A DNA stretch of 64,000 nucleotides, from positions 25,950 to 89,949 of the forward strand of contig DYOF01000001.1 of NCBI GenBank assembly GCA_020720665.1, given 5' to 3'. Each line of letters begins with the position of its first letter. The stretch's first letter is position 1. The stretch is from Acetofilamentum sp. GTDB taxonomy: Bacteria > Bacteroidota > Bacteroidia > Bacteroidales > JAADGE01. Positions 1 through 9,064 of this stretch are shown here, piece after piece. The position numbers and the translations under genes are program-made. The notes under the pieces are model-generated. The model made no database searches, had not been told where the DNA came from, and worked only from the letters and a program-made list of their open reading frames with translations.

Positions 1-95
1 TATTGAAATTTTTAACACATTCTTACATCAAAAAAAATGATGTTGAAAGTTTGAATGAAATTCAGCGCATATTAAATTTGTTTAAATAATCAGAG

Positions 96-359
96 ATGGA
101 TAAAAAGGTAAATATTCCTGTTGTGGCAGCCGGTATTATTATGTTAATTGTATCCGGAATTAATTTTTTAATGAATAATGATTATGTTTCCTTAGGTATT
201 TTTATTTCATTCGGAACCGGTTTTATTCTTTACGGAATAAAAAACAAATATTCTGAAAATCAATCAAAAAGAATAAACAAATACGCTCTTACGTTTTTAG
301 CCGGAGGAGTAATAATATTTCTGATTTGGTTATTGCAGGCAAAATTTGAACTTTTCTAA
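96..359 (+). CDS. small integral-membrane protein, unknown function
   Basis: 87-aa track ORF with three hydrophobic segments (VVAAGIIMLIVSGINFL, LGIFISFGTGFILYG, FLAGGVIIFLIWLL). No family recognised. Confidence 0.4.
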   Translation: MDKKVNIPVVAAGIIMLIVSGINFLMNNDYVSLGIFISFGTGFILYGIKNKYSENQSKRINKYALTFLAGGVIIFLIWLLQAKFELF

Positions 360-1273
360 TAAACTAAATGTCGGCGTTTTTTACTTTCATAAATATCATT
401 AACCGTAACTAATATTCCGGTTTCTTCTACTTCTCCGAAATGTGAATTTTTTGCTGTTCCGAAACATTTCATTGTTCGAGATAAACTCATATATGAATTA
501 ATTAAAGGAGGAATGTTTTCACCTCTGTTTCTGACTTCTTTTGATAATATTTTTTTATTTGTTTCATAGTCATCGTCAGAAAAAATTTGTTCTAATTCTT
601 TTTCTGAGTGAAAATAGGGTAGAGGTGAAATCGGGTAAACTAATTTTTTAGAATCGGTAAAATGTTTATTCATAAAATAGAGAATTAAATCTCTTGAAAA
701 TTTTTCAAAATGAGTGTACATTGTAACTTTCCCGAAAAAATACTTTATTTTTGGGTTCGTTTTTAATAAAGCACCCAAACCGTCCCATAAATTATCCAAA
801 GCAAATAAGGTTTTTCTGGTTGCACTGCCCGATTGAAAATTCGGTTGAACAAATGAACGCCCCAGCTCAATGGTATATGGCATATATTCGCTTATGAATT
901 GTTCGGAAAATTCAAACAAACCTTGTGTTGCCAATTTAATTTCTTTTAATTTTTCGGAGGGAACCTCACTCAGGTCAATATAGCGATATCCGCCGGTAAT
1001 TTCTTTGTCGCGTTCATCCCAAACAATTAACTGTTTGTAAGGAATTTCAGCAGTGTCATAGGAGTCAATATCAGCATCTTTTCCGGTACCGCCGCCGGCA
1101 TTTCTGAATGCAAGTTCTCTTAATCGTCCTACTTCTTTCATTACGTTCGGCGAATTGTGAGCCGTACAAATATATATTGCATTATCGCCGAAATTCGTAC
1201 GACGCATAAATTTGTCTTTCGTTAGTTCCGAAATCAAAAGGTCTTTGCTGATAGGCGAAATAATTTCTTTCAT
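356..1273 (-). CDS. GNAT-superfamily N-acyltransferase of the OlsB/GlsB ('putative hemolysin') type, amino-acid-lipid synthesis
   Basis: 305-aa ORF. Its length and blocks such as RLRELAFRNAGGGTGKDADIDSYD and ELGRSFVQPNFQ fit my recollection of lyso-ornithine/glycine-lipid N-acyltransferases. It sits next to a PlsC-type acyltransferase. Confidence 0.6.
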   Translation of the reverse strand: MKEIISPISKDLLISELTKDKFMRRTNFGDNAIYICTAHNSPNVMKEVGRLRELAFRNAGGGTGKDADIDSYDTAEIPYKQLIVWDERDKEITGGYRYIDLSEVPSEKLKEIKLATQGLFEFSEQFISEYMPYTIELGRSFVQPNFQSGSATRKTLFALDNLWDGLGALLKTNPKIKYFFGKVTMYTHFEKFSRDLILYFMNKHFTDSKKLVYPISPLPYFHSEKELEQIFSDDDYETNKKILSKEVRNRGENIPPLINSYMSLSRTMKCFGTAKNSHFGEVEETGILVTVNDIYESKKRRHLVY

Positions 1274-1387
1274 ATTTTATTCTTATTCTTTGCGGTCAAA
1301 TATATGTAAAAATATATTAAAAGAAATATTTAATTATATTATATCAATTATTTTGTAAAGTATTTAACAAATATGTTTAGGAAAACA

Positions 1388-2254
1388 CTAAAATTCAATT
1401 GTATTGTCATCAGCTAACTTATACACATGTGCTTTAACTTCTTGTGCCCACTCAAAATGTGTTTTAGACGAGTCGAATTTTTGGAAAGATATTGGTTTAC
1501 CTATTGTGATTATTATAGTATTACCTTTTTGCCGGAATAATTCGTCAACTAAGTAGAACATTTCAAGATTTGATTTAATCCTCAGTAATTTACGAAGATT
1601 TGCTATTCTGTAAAAACGCTTACTTAATTTTCCGTTAATATGTATCGGAACAACATTTCTTTCGTGTTTTATTGCCCTGCTTATAAATGTTTTTTTCCAA
1701 TCTCCGTCAGAAATTTTACCCTTTGTTTTTCTTGAAACCAACCCTGACGGAAAGAAAAAAATAGGATAATCAGAAGAGAATACACCGTTTAAAAGTTTTA
1801 CCTGTTCTCTTTGTGTCGTGCCGTGTTTATTAACACCTACAAAAAATTCATTCAGGTTTTTAATGTTTAATAACAGGTCGTTAACTACGGCTTTAACTTT
1901 TTTATATTTTGTATGCAATATGTCAATTATGTGTAAGCCGTCAAAACTTCCTATCGGATGATTTGAAATCAATATAATTTTCCCTGTTTCAGGTAAGTTT
2001 TCAATATTTTTAACGCTTGATTTAATGTCAAATGACAGGAATGAATTTTTCAAAAATTGTATCCCGTTATTTTCGAAATTCTGAATGATGAATGAATTTA
2101 ATTCATCTTGATGTATCGTTTTTTTTATGTATTTAATTACAAATGCAGGCAGTAGCTTGTATAACCGAGGGTTTTTGGCTTTAATTATATGTTCAATATT
2201 CAATAATTGAGTATGATTTTGTTGAATATTCATTTGAAATTCCGGTTTTTGCAA
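1388..2254 (-). CDS. PlsC/LPLAT-family O-acyltransferase (OlsA/GlsA-like)
   Basis: 288-aa ORF with acyltransferase His/Asp box ILISNHPIGSFDG and an FPEGTR-like block FFFPSGLVSRKT. It is on the same strand as the N-acyltransferase, 114 bp away. Confidence 0.6.
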   Translation of the reverse strand: MQKPEFQMNIQQNHTQLLNIEHIIKAKNPRLYKLLPAFVIKYIKKTIHQDELNSFIIQNFENNGIQFLKNSFLSFDIKSSVKNIENLPETGKIILISNHPIGSFDGLHIIDILHTKYKKVKAVVNDLLLNIKNLNEFFVGVNKHGTTQREQVKLLNGVFSSDYPIFFFPSGLVSRKTKGKISDGDWKKTFISRAIKHERNVVPIHINGKLSKRFYRIANLRKLLRIKSNLEMFYLVDELFRQKGNTIIITIGKPISFQKFDSSKTHFEWAQEVKAHVYKLADDNTIEF

Positions 2255-2401
2255 ATATAAAAATTCATATTATTTCTTCAAATAAATTGTATTTTAAAAA
2301 AAAGTATTGACAATAAATTTTTAATAAATTAGTTAATGTTCAGAAAATCAATAATATACATTAATTGTTAATAGTGTTAATAAATTGACAATTAGATAAT
2401 T

Positions 2402-2426
2402 GTGGGGTAAAGTGGGTTAAAGTGGT
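2402..2426 (+). promoter_or_regulatory. candidate MraZ operator: three direct GTGG(G) repeats with exact 10-bp phasing
   Basis: GTGGGgtaaa GTGGGttaaa GTGGtaaaa, with repeat starts at 2402, 2412 and 2422. It lies immediately upstream of mraZ and 11 nt upstream of a TAnnTTTG box. Confidence 0.6.
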
Positions 2427-2436
2427 AAAAATGTAT

Positions 2437-2444
2437 TATATTTG
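2437..2444 (+). promoter_or_regulatory. candidate Bacteroidota-type -7 promoter box (TAnnTTTG) for the dcw operon
   Basis: TATATTTG. The mraZ ATG (2470) is 26 nt downstream of the motif end. Confidence 0.4.
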
Positions 2445-2469
2445 TCTTATATTATTTTTAAAAAATAAA

Positions 2470-2931
2470 ATGGCAATTTTTATCGGAGATTTTACTGCAA
2501 AAATTGACTCTAAGGGTAGAGTTAATTTTCCGGCTGCATTTTTAAAGCAGATGCCGGAAAATTCCGAATATACATTTGTCATTAAAAAGGGTATTTACGA
2601 TAAATGTTTAATTATTTATACCGCAGAAGAATGGGCTCGGCAAACCGATATCATCAATAAAAAAACAAATCCGTATAATCGTAAGCATTCTTTATTTTTA
2701 AGAGAGTTTTATAAAGGAACGGCTGAGTTAAAATTAGATCCCAATAATAGAATTTTAATTCCTGCGCGTTTATTGGAAGAAATAGGAGTAGAAAAAGAAA
2801 TTCAGTTATTAGGGCAAAACAGAAAAATTGAGCTTTGGGCGGCAGAAGAATATAAACAAAACGAAATATCATCTGATGATTTGGCAAATTTAGCTGAGGA
2901 AATTATGGGAGGTGATTTACCGGAATTATAA
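2470..2931 (+). CDS. mraZ: transcriptional regulator MraZ
   Basis: MAIFIGDFTAKIDSKGRVNFPAAF and a second LDPNNRILIPARL half (duplicated SpoVT/AbrB-like MraZ halves). It is the first gene of the dcw cluster. I prefer ATG 2470 over the track GTG 2422, which lies inside the operator repeats. Confidence 0.9.
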   Translation: MAIFIGDFTAKIDSKGRVNFPAAFLKQMPENSEYTFVIKKGIYDKCLIIYTAEEWARQTDIINKKTNPYNRKHSLFLREFYKGTAELKLDPNNRILIPARLLEEIGVEKEIQLLGQNRKIELWAAEEYKQNEISSDDLANLAEEIMGGDLPEL

Positions 2932-2941
2932 AATCAAGATT

Positions 2942-3865
2942 ATGAACGACACCTATCATATTCCTGTATTACTTAAAGAATCAACAGATGCTTTAAAAAT
3001 TAATCCCAAAGGTATTTACGTTGATCTTACGTTCGGCGGCGGGGGGCATACAGTTGAAATTTTAAAACAATTAACTACCGGAAAATTAATTGCCTTTGAT
3101 CAAGATGCTGATGCTGAGAAAAATATCGATAAAGTAAAACGTCAAATTTCTAAGGCCGATAACTTAATTTTTTTTAGGTCTAATTTTAAATTTCTCTCAA
3201 ATTTTATCAAATATGCAGGCTATAAAAAAGTTGACGGCATTTTAGCTGATTTAGGGGTGTCATCACATCAAATAAATAATGAAAAAAGAGGTTTTTCATA
3301 TCGTTTAGGAGGAGTTCCGGACATGAGAATGAACACCGACGCAAAATTATCGTCAATTGATATTCTCAATTCATTTGATGAAGAACGCTTATTTATAATT
3401 TTCAAAGAATACGGAGAATTGAACAGTGCCGGAAAATTAGCCTCTGCAATCTTAAAATTTCGTGAAACCCAAAGAATCAATAACATTGAACAGCTTAATC
3501 AAATAATTAATCAAACAATAAAATCCGGAAAAGAGTTTAAAATCCTTTCAAAAGTTTACCAAGCTTTAAGAATAGAAACAAACAACGAATTAGATGCTCT
3601 GAAAATTATGCTGAATCAAACAAAATCCATTTTAAATAAAAACGGAAGATTAGTCGTAATCAGTTATCATTCACTTGAAGACAGAATCGTAAAAAATTTT
3701 ATTAAGTATAATAATTTTGAGGGCAAGCTGATAACCGATATATACGGAAATCCTGAAAAAGAATTTGTTGAAATTAATAAAAAAGTGCTCATACCTTCTG
3801 ATGAAGAAATTTTATTAAATAACAGAGCACGAAGTGCAAAATTAAGAATAGCAGAAAAACTATAA
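2942..3865 (+). CDS. rsmH: 16S rRNA (cytosine1402-N4)-methyltransferase RsmH/MraW
   Basis: HIPVLLKES, SAM motif DLTFGGGGH, DLGVSSHQ, SYHSLEDRIVK. ATG at 2942 is preferred to the track start 2912, which overlaps mraZ. Confidence 0.9.
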   Translation: MNDTYHIPVLLKESTDALKINPKGIYVDLTFGGGGHTVEILKQLTTGKLIAFDQDADAEKNIDKVKRQISKADNLIFFRSNFKFLSNFIKYAGYKKVDGILADLGVSSHQINNEKRGFSYRLGGVPDMRMNTDAKLSSIDILNSFDEERLFIIFKEYGELNSAGKLASAILKFRETQRINNIEQLNQIINQTIKSGKEFKILSKVYQALRIETNNELDALKIMLNQTKSILNKNGRLVVISYHSLEDRIVKNFIKYNNFEGKLITDIYGNPEKEFVEINKKVLIPSDEEILLNNRARSAKLRIAEKL

Positions 3866-4191
3866 TGGCAAATTTTTTAAAAACAGGAAAAAATATATTA
3901 ACAGGTAATTGGCTGGGCAGCGAAATAAATACAAGCAAAATGTATTATTTGTTTTTTGTTGTTGTCCTTGTTGTTTTTTTAATTTATAACCGCTATAGAG
4001 CAGAAGAGATTTTAATATTAAACAGAAAATTGCAAGATGAAGTTGATATTTTACATTCAAAATATACAAAAATTGAAACGAAATTAATTGTCTTAGGAAC
4101 AGAACGAAAGGTTGCCGAAGACAGTACAATAATTAATTCCGGATTAAAACTGCCGCCAAAACCGCCAAAGCAAATTATAATAGAAAAATAA
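3865..4191 (+). CDS. ftsL: FtsL-like cell-division protein
   Basis: 108 aa with a single TM (MYYLFFVVVLVVFLIY) followed by a coiled-coil-like stretch. It occupies the conserved slot between rsmH and ftsI, and its start overlaps the rsmH stop (TAATG). Confidence 0.6.
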   Translation: MANFLKTGKNILTGNWLGSEINTSKMYYLFFVVVLVVFLIYNRYRAEEILILNRKLQDEVDILHSKYTKIETKLIVLGTERKVAEDSTIINSGLKLPPKPPKQIIIEK

Positions 4192-4226
4192 ATTAAAATT
4201 TTTAATAAAATCAGATAATCGTTAAA

Positions 4227-6356
4227 GTGTCATCAGAAAACTTAAATATAAGAGAACAAATAATTTCGAGGATAGCATTAGTATATATCGTACTGATTAT
4301 CTTTGTGATATATCTTGTGGTGAAAATGGTTTTGATTATTACGGTTGAAAAAAGTAAATGGGATGAAAAAATAAATTCAATAGCCGTAGAATTAAGAGAA
4401 GATGAACCTATCAGAGGGAATATATACGATGAAAACAAAAAAATATTGGCTACAACAGTTAGCTTTTTTGATGTTCACATGGACACAAAAGCGCGAGGTC
4501 TTGGTGATAAAACCTTTAATGAAAATATCGATTCATTAGCTATCTGTTTGTCAAATTTTTTCAAAGATAAAACGCCAAAGCAATATAAAGAAAAAATAAT
4601 AAACGCCAGAAACAATTCGGTTCACTATCTTAAAATCGGCGAGCATTTAACCTACGATGAGTTTATTGAATTAAAAAAATTCCCGATATTTAGATTAGGC
4701 AGTAATAACGGGGGTTTTATCAGTCAAACAACAACTCAACGCAGAAGACCATTTAACGATTTGTTCAGACGAACAATAGGCTTTTTAGGCGAAGATAAAA
4801 ACACCGGATTAGTTCAAGGAAAAGCCGGCCTCGAATATACTTATAACAGAGAACTCGGCGGAAGAGCCGGTAAATCATATATGAAAAAAATTGCCGGAGG
4901 AAACTGGCGAGAAATAAAAGGCGGAAAAATTTTAGAAACCGAAAACGGATTAGACTTAGTTACGGCAATTGATATTGATTTACAAGATTATGTTGACGAT
5001 ATTCTTAAAGAACAATTATCTAAACTAAAAGCTGATTACGGTTCAGTTGTTATTATGGAAACCGAAACCGGATATATAAAAGCAATGGCAAATGTAAAAC
5101 GCTATGATAATGAGACCTTTGCCGAAGTACTTAATTATGCCGTAGGAGAAAATTTAGCACCGGGTTCAACCTTTAAATTGCCGGTTTTAATGGCTGCATT
5201 AGAAGATGATTGTGTTGATTTGGATGATATAATTGATACAGGAAACGGACATATCATGTATCACGGAGTTGCGGTTGATGATGCCGCTGACCATAGCTAC
5301 GGAAAAATACCTGTGTGGCAGGTGTTTGCAAAATCATCCAATGTGGGTATGCTGAAAATTATTGATGATAATTATGTCAAAAAAGGAAAAATTAAACATT
5401 TTTTAAAACAATTGAACGCCATAGGAATTGGTGATATTTCAGGTGTTGATATTTATGGTGAAAATAAGCCGATGATTAAAACACCCGAACATCATGATTG
5501 GGCGGCTTCAACTCCGGGAATGATAGCTCACGGATACGAAGTAACTATTTCTCCGCTTCAATTACTTACATTTTATAATGCCGTTGCAAATGACGGTGTT
5601 ATGATGAAACCCCAAATTGTCAAGTATATTGAAAAAAACGGTTTGGTCGTAAAAGAATTTAAACCCGTAGTATTAAACCCGATGATTTGTTCTAAATCAA
5701 CAATAAAAAAAGCTCAAAAAATTTTAAGAGATGTTGTTGAAGTAGGTACTGCAAAATCTATAAATTCAAGCGAATATAACATTTCCGGAAAAACAGGAAC
5801 TGCCGAACATTATGATACCGAAACAGGTACACATAATGAAACATACAGAGCATCGTTTGTCGGTTATTTTCCTTCTGAAAATCCTGTATATTCAATTATC
5901 GTTGTTATAAACAAACCTCTGACAGATTATTACGGTGCATATGCAGCTGCACCGGTTTTTAAAAAAATTGCCGATAAGTTATTTTCAAAAGACAGAAGAA
6001 TAAATAAACCTGATGATTTTCAAAATGTTGAAATTAATACACCCTTATCAAAAAACGGATACCGTGAGGATATAGAAACTGTATTTGCAAGCCTGTTAAT
6101 TCCTGTAAATAAAACACATAATGAAGATTGGGTTACAACAGAAGCTCAAAAAGATGTTGTCCTTTTAAAATCACAAACGATTAACAGAAAAACTATTCCC
6201 GATTTGAAATATATGGGTGCAAAAGATGCAATTTATTTGCTCGAAAACATGGGATTTAAACCTAAAATTTACGGGCGAGGTTTTGTTGTTTATCAATCAA
6301 TTTTACCCGGAACAACAGCAAAAAAAGGAACAGAAATAGTATTAGAGTTAAAATAA
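4227..6356 (+). CDS. ftsI: class B penicillin-binding protein FtsI (PBP3) with C-terminal PASTA-like domain
   Basis: N-terminal TM. Transpeptidase motifs SxxK (GSTFK), SxN (KSSNVG) and KTG (GKTGTA). PASTA-like tail IPDLKYMGAKDAIYLLENMGFKPKIY...GTEIVLEL. GTG start. Confidence 0.9.
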   Translation: MSSENLNIREQIISRIALVYIVLIIFVIYLVVKMVLIITVEKSKWDEKINSIAVELREDEPIRGNIYDENKKILATTVSFFDVHMDTKARGLGDKTFNENIDSLAICLSNFFKDKTPKQYKEKIINARNNSVHYLKIGEHLTYDEFIELKKFPIFRLGSNNGGFISQTTTQRRRPFNDLFRRTIGFLGEDKNTGLVQGKAGLEYTYNRELGGRAGKSYMKKIAGGNWREIKGGKILETENGLDLVTAIDIDLQDYVDDILKEQLSKLKADYGSVVIMETETGYIKAMANVKRYDNETFAEVLNYAVGENLAPGSTFKLPVLMAALEDDCVDLDDIIDTGNGHIMYHGVAVDDAADHSYGKIPVWQVFAKSSNVGMLKIIDDNYVKKGKIKHFLKQLNAIGIGDISGVDIYGENKPMIKTPEHHDWAASTPGMIAHGYEVTISPLQLLTFYNAVANDGVMMKPQIVKYIEKNGLVVKEFKPVVLNPMICSKSTIKKAQKILRDVVEVGTAKSINSSEYNISGKTGTAEHYDTETGTHNETYRASFVGYFPSENPVYSIIVVINKPLTDYYGAYAAAPVFKKIADKLFSKDRRINKPDDFQNVEINTPLSKNGYREDIETVFASLLIPVNKTHNEDWVTTEAQKDVVLLKSQTINRKTIPDLKYMGAKDAIYLLENMGFKPKIYGRGFVVYQSILPGTTAKKGTEIVLELK

Positions 6357-7814
6357 ATGACCAAAAAATTAAAACATATCTGCAAACATTTTAAGCACGA
6401 AATAATTTCGGGTTCTGACGAAATTAAAATAACAGGCATTAGTTTTGATTCACGAAAGACTCAAAAAGGTCATTTATTTATTGCCGTAAAAGGAGAAAAA
6501 ACTGACGGTAACTTGTTTATTTCGGATGCAGTTCAATCCGGTGCGTGTGCAATTTTGTCTGAAAACGATGTGCCGGTTCCAAACGGACTTACTTTTATAA
6601 AAACTTCCGATACTCACAAAGCTTTGGCACTAACTGCTTCGGAGTTTTATAACCATCCGTCGAAAAAACTTTCTTTAGTGGGAGTTACAGGAACAAACGG
6701 AAAAACAACCATTGCAGGATTGTTACATCAATTGTTTATAAATGTGGGTTATAAAGCCGGATTAATTTCAACAGTTAAAAATTGTATTGTTGATAAAGAA
6801 TTACCGGCAGAATACACAACTCCTGATGCAGTTTCTTTTAATAAACTATTATCGGAAATGCTTGATGCCGGTTGTAAATATTGCTTTACCGAAGTAAGCT
6901 CACATGCAATTCATCAAAAGCGTATTTATGGTTTAAAATTTAAAGGTGCTGTTTTTACCAATTTAACTCATGATCATTTAGATTACCACAAAACCTTCAA
7001 AGAGTATTTAAGTGTCAAAAAACAATTTTTTGATGATTTAACTAAAGATGCATTTGCTCTTACTAATATCGATGATAAAAACGGAAAGGTAATGATTCAA
7101 AATACCAAAGCCGAAACATACACTTATGCATTAAAATCGTTTTCTGATTTCAAGACAAAAATTTTTGAACGTCACTTAGACGGAATGCTCTTAGAAATTA
7201 ATGAAAATGAACTTTGGACATTGTTACCGGGCACGTTTAACGCCTATAATATGACAGCAATTTATGCAGTTGCAACACTATTAGGTATTGATTCGGCAAC
7301 CGCTTTGACCGAATTGAGTCGATTAATTCCCGTAGCCGGGCGAATGGAAACTATTAAAAGTGAAAAGCTTACGGCAATAGTTGATTATGCACACACCCCC
7401 GATGCCTTGATTAATGTTTTGAATACAATCGGTGATATAAAAACATCCGGACAAAAAATAATTACGGTTGTAGGTGCCGGCGGAAACAGAGATAAAACAA
7501 AACGTCCGTTAATGGCAAAAGCCGCACTTAACGGAAGTGATAAATTAATTTTAACATCTGATAACCCTCGCTTTGAAAACCCTCAAATCATTATTGATGA
7601 GATGTATGCCGGAATTGAAGAAACGAAAAAAATGAATGTTCTTAAGATTGTTGACAGAAAGGAAGCAATTAAAACAGCAGTAATGTTAGCAGAAAAAGAC
7701 GATATTATATTAATTGCCGGAAAAGGACATGAAAACTATCAAGAAGTAAACGGAATCAAATCTCATTTTGATGATAAAGAAACAATACAAGAAATTTTAA
7801 AAAATATTATTTAA
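6357..7814 (+). CDS. murE: UDP-MurNAc-L-Ala-D-Glu:meso-diaminopimelate ligase MurE
   Basis: Mur ligase P-loop [10 protein letters not shown]. The DNPR motif (SDNPRFENP) is typical of DAP-adding MurE. It sits directly after ftsI. Confidence 0.9.
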   Translation: MTKKLKHICKHFKHEIISGSDEIKITGISFDSRKTQKGHLFIAVKGEKTDGNLFISDAVQSGACAILSENDVPVPNGLTFIKTSDTHKALALTASEFYNHPSKKLSLVGVTGTNGKTTIAGLLHQLFINVGYKAGLISTVKNCIVDKELPAEYTTPDAVSFNKLLSEMLDAGCKYCFTEVSSHAIHQKRIYGLKFKGAVFTNLTHDHLDYHKTFKEYLSVKKQFFDDLTKDAFALTNIDDKNGKVMIQNTKAETYTYALKSFSDFKTKIFERHLDGMLLEINENELWTLLPGTFNAYNMTAIYAVATLLGIDSATALTELSRLIPVAGRMETIKSEKLTAIVDYAHTPDALINVLNTIGDIKTSGQKIITVVGAGGNRDKTKRPLMAKAALNGSDKLILTSDNPRFENPQIIIDEMYAGIEETKKMNVLKIVDRKEAIKTAVMLAEKDDIILIAGKGHENYQEVNGIKSHFDDKETIQEILKNII

Positions 7815-7819
7815 AAACC

Positions 7820-9043
7820 ATGTTTTACTATCTATTTGAATATCTTGATAAAATTGACTTTGCCGGTGCCGGTTTGTTTCATTATTTGTCATTCAGAGCC
7901 GCTTTGGCTGCGGTAACATCATTAATTGTTTCTATGGTTTTCGGTAAACGCATTATCTTGTTTCTTAAACGTAAACAAGTTGGCGAAGTGGTCAGAGATC
8001 TCGGTTTAGAAGGTCAATACGAGAAAAAAGGAACGCCTACAATGGGCGGATTAATTATAATTGCTGCAATTTTAATCCCGGTTCTGCTTTTTGCTGAAAT
8101 CGGTAATGTTTATATAATTTTAATGATTATTACCACTGTTTGGCTCGGAACTATCGGATTTATTGATGATTACATAAAAACATTTAAAAAAAATAAAGCC
8201 GGTTTATCCGGAAAATATAAAATATTCGGACAAGTAACTTTGGGCTTAATAATCGGTTTGACTTTCTATTTTTCTGATGATATTCAAATAAAAGAAAATC
8301 CGGAAGCATCTGTTTTAACCGAAAAAATAGTAGCACAATATAATTATCCCACAAACGGTGATAAACCTCTAAAAACAACAATACCGTTTGTAAAAGACAA
8401 TGAGTTTAATTATGAATCCTTAGTAGGTTTTATGGGAAAACATAAAAAAGATGCTGCTTGGGTTGTTTTTGTAATTTTAGTTATAATTATTATTACAGCC
8501 GTATCAAACGGCGCAAATATGACCGACGGATTGGATGGTTTGGCAACAGGTACGTCTTCTATTATTGGTGCTACATTAGCAATCTTTGCATATGTATCGG
8601 GTAACATACTTTTTGCGGATTATTTGAATATCATGTATATTCCGCATATCGGTGAATTGGTTGTATTTGCCGGTGCGTTTATGGGTGCAACCATCGGATT
8701 TCTGTGGTTTAATTCTTACCCGGCACAAGTTTTTATGGGAGATACCGGGAGCTTAACCCTCGGCGGTATTATTGCCGTTTTTGCAATTATTGTCAGAAAA
8801 GAACTGTTAATTCCCTTGTTAGCCGGTGTTTTTTTAATGGAAAATATATCTGTTATGATTCAGGTTGCGTGGTTTAAATACACCAGAAAAAAAACAGGCG
8901 AGGGCAGAAGAGTTTTTTTAATGGCTCCTTTACACCACCACTATCAGAAGAAAGGAATTCCGGAACCCAAAATTGTTTCACGTTTTTGGATTGTAGGTAT
9001 TTTATTAGCAATATTAACAATAATAACACTTAAAATCAGATAA
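7820..9043 (+). CDS. mraY: phospho-N-acetylmuramoyl-pentapeptide transferase MraY
   Basis: Polytopic membrane protein with [25 protein letters not shown] and [11 protein letters not shown] blocks. Confidence 0.95.
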   Translation: MFYYLFEYLDKIDFAGAGLFHYLSFRAALAAVTSLIVSMVFGKRIILFLKRKQVGEVVRDLGLEGQYEKKGTPTMGGLIIIAAILIPVLLFAEIGNVYIILMIITTVWLGTIGFIDDYIKTFKKNKAGLSGKYKIFGQVTLGLIIGLTFYFSDDIQIKENPEASVLTEKIVAQYNYPTNGDKPLKTTIPFVKDNEFNYESLVGFMGKHKKDAAWVVFVILVIIIITAVSNGANMTDGLDGLATGTSSIIGATLAIFAYVSGNILFADYLNIMYIPHIGELVVFAGAFMGATIGFLWFNSYPAQVFMGDTGSLTLGGIIAVFAIIVRKELLIPLLAGVFLMENISVMIQVAWFKYTRKKTGEGRRVFLMAPLHHHYQKKGIPEPKIVSRFWIVGILLAILTIITLKIR

Positions 9044-9064
9044 ACGAATTGTTTAATTAGTAAA

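Noticed and set aside
2422-2469. GTG-initiated 16-codon N-terminal extension of mraZ proposed by the ORF track
   Set aside because: The GTG is the third operator-like GTGG repeat, and the extension (MVKMYYICLILFLKNK) covers the TATATTTG promoter box. Canonical MraZ proteins begin near MxxFxGxF, which matches the ATG at 2470.
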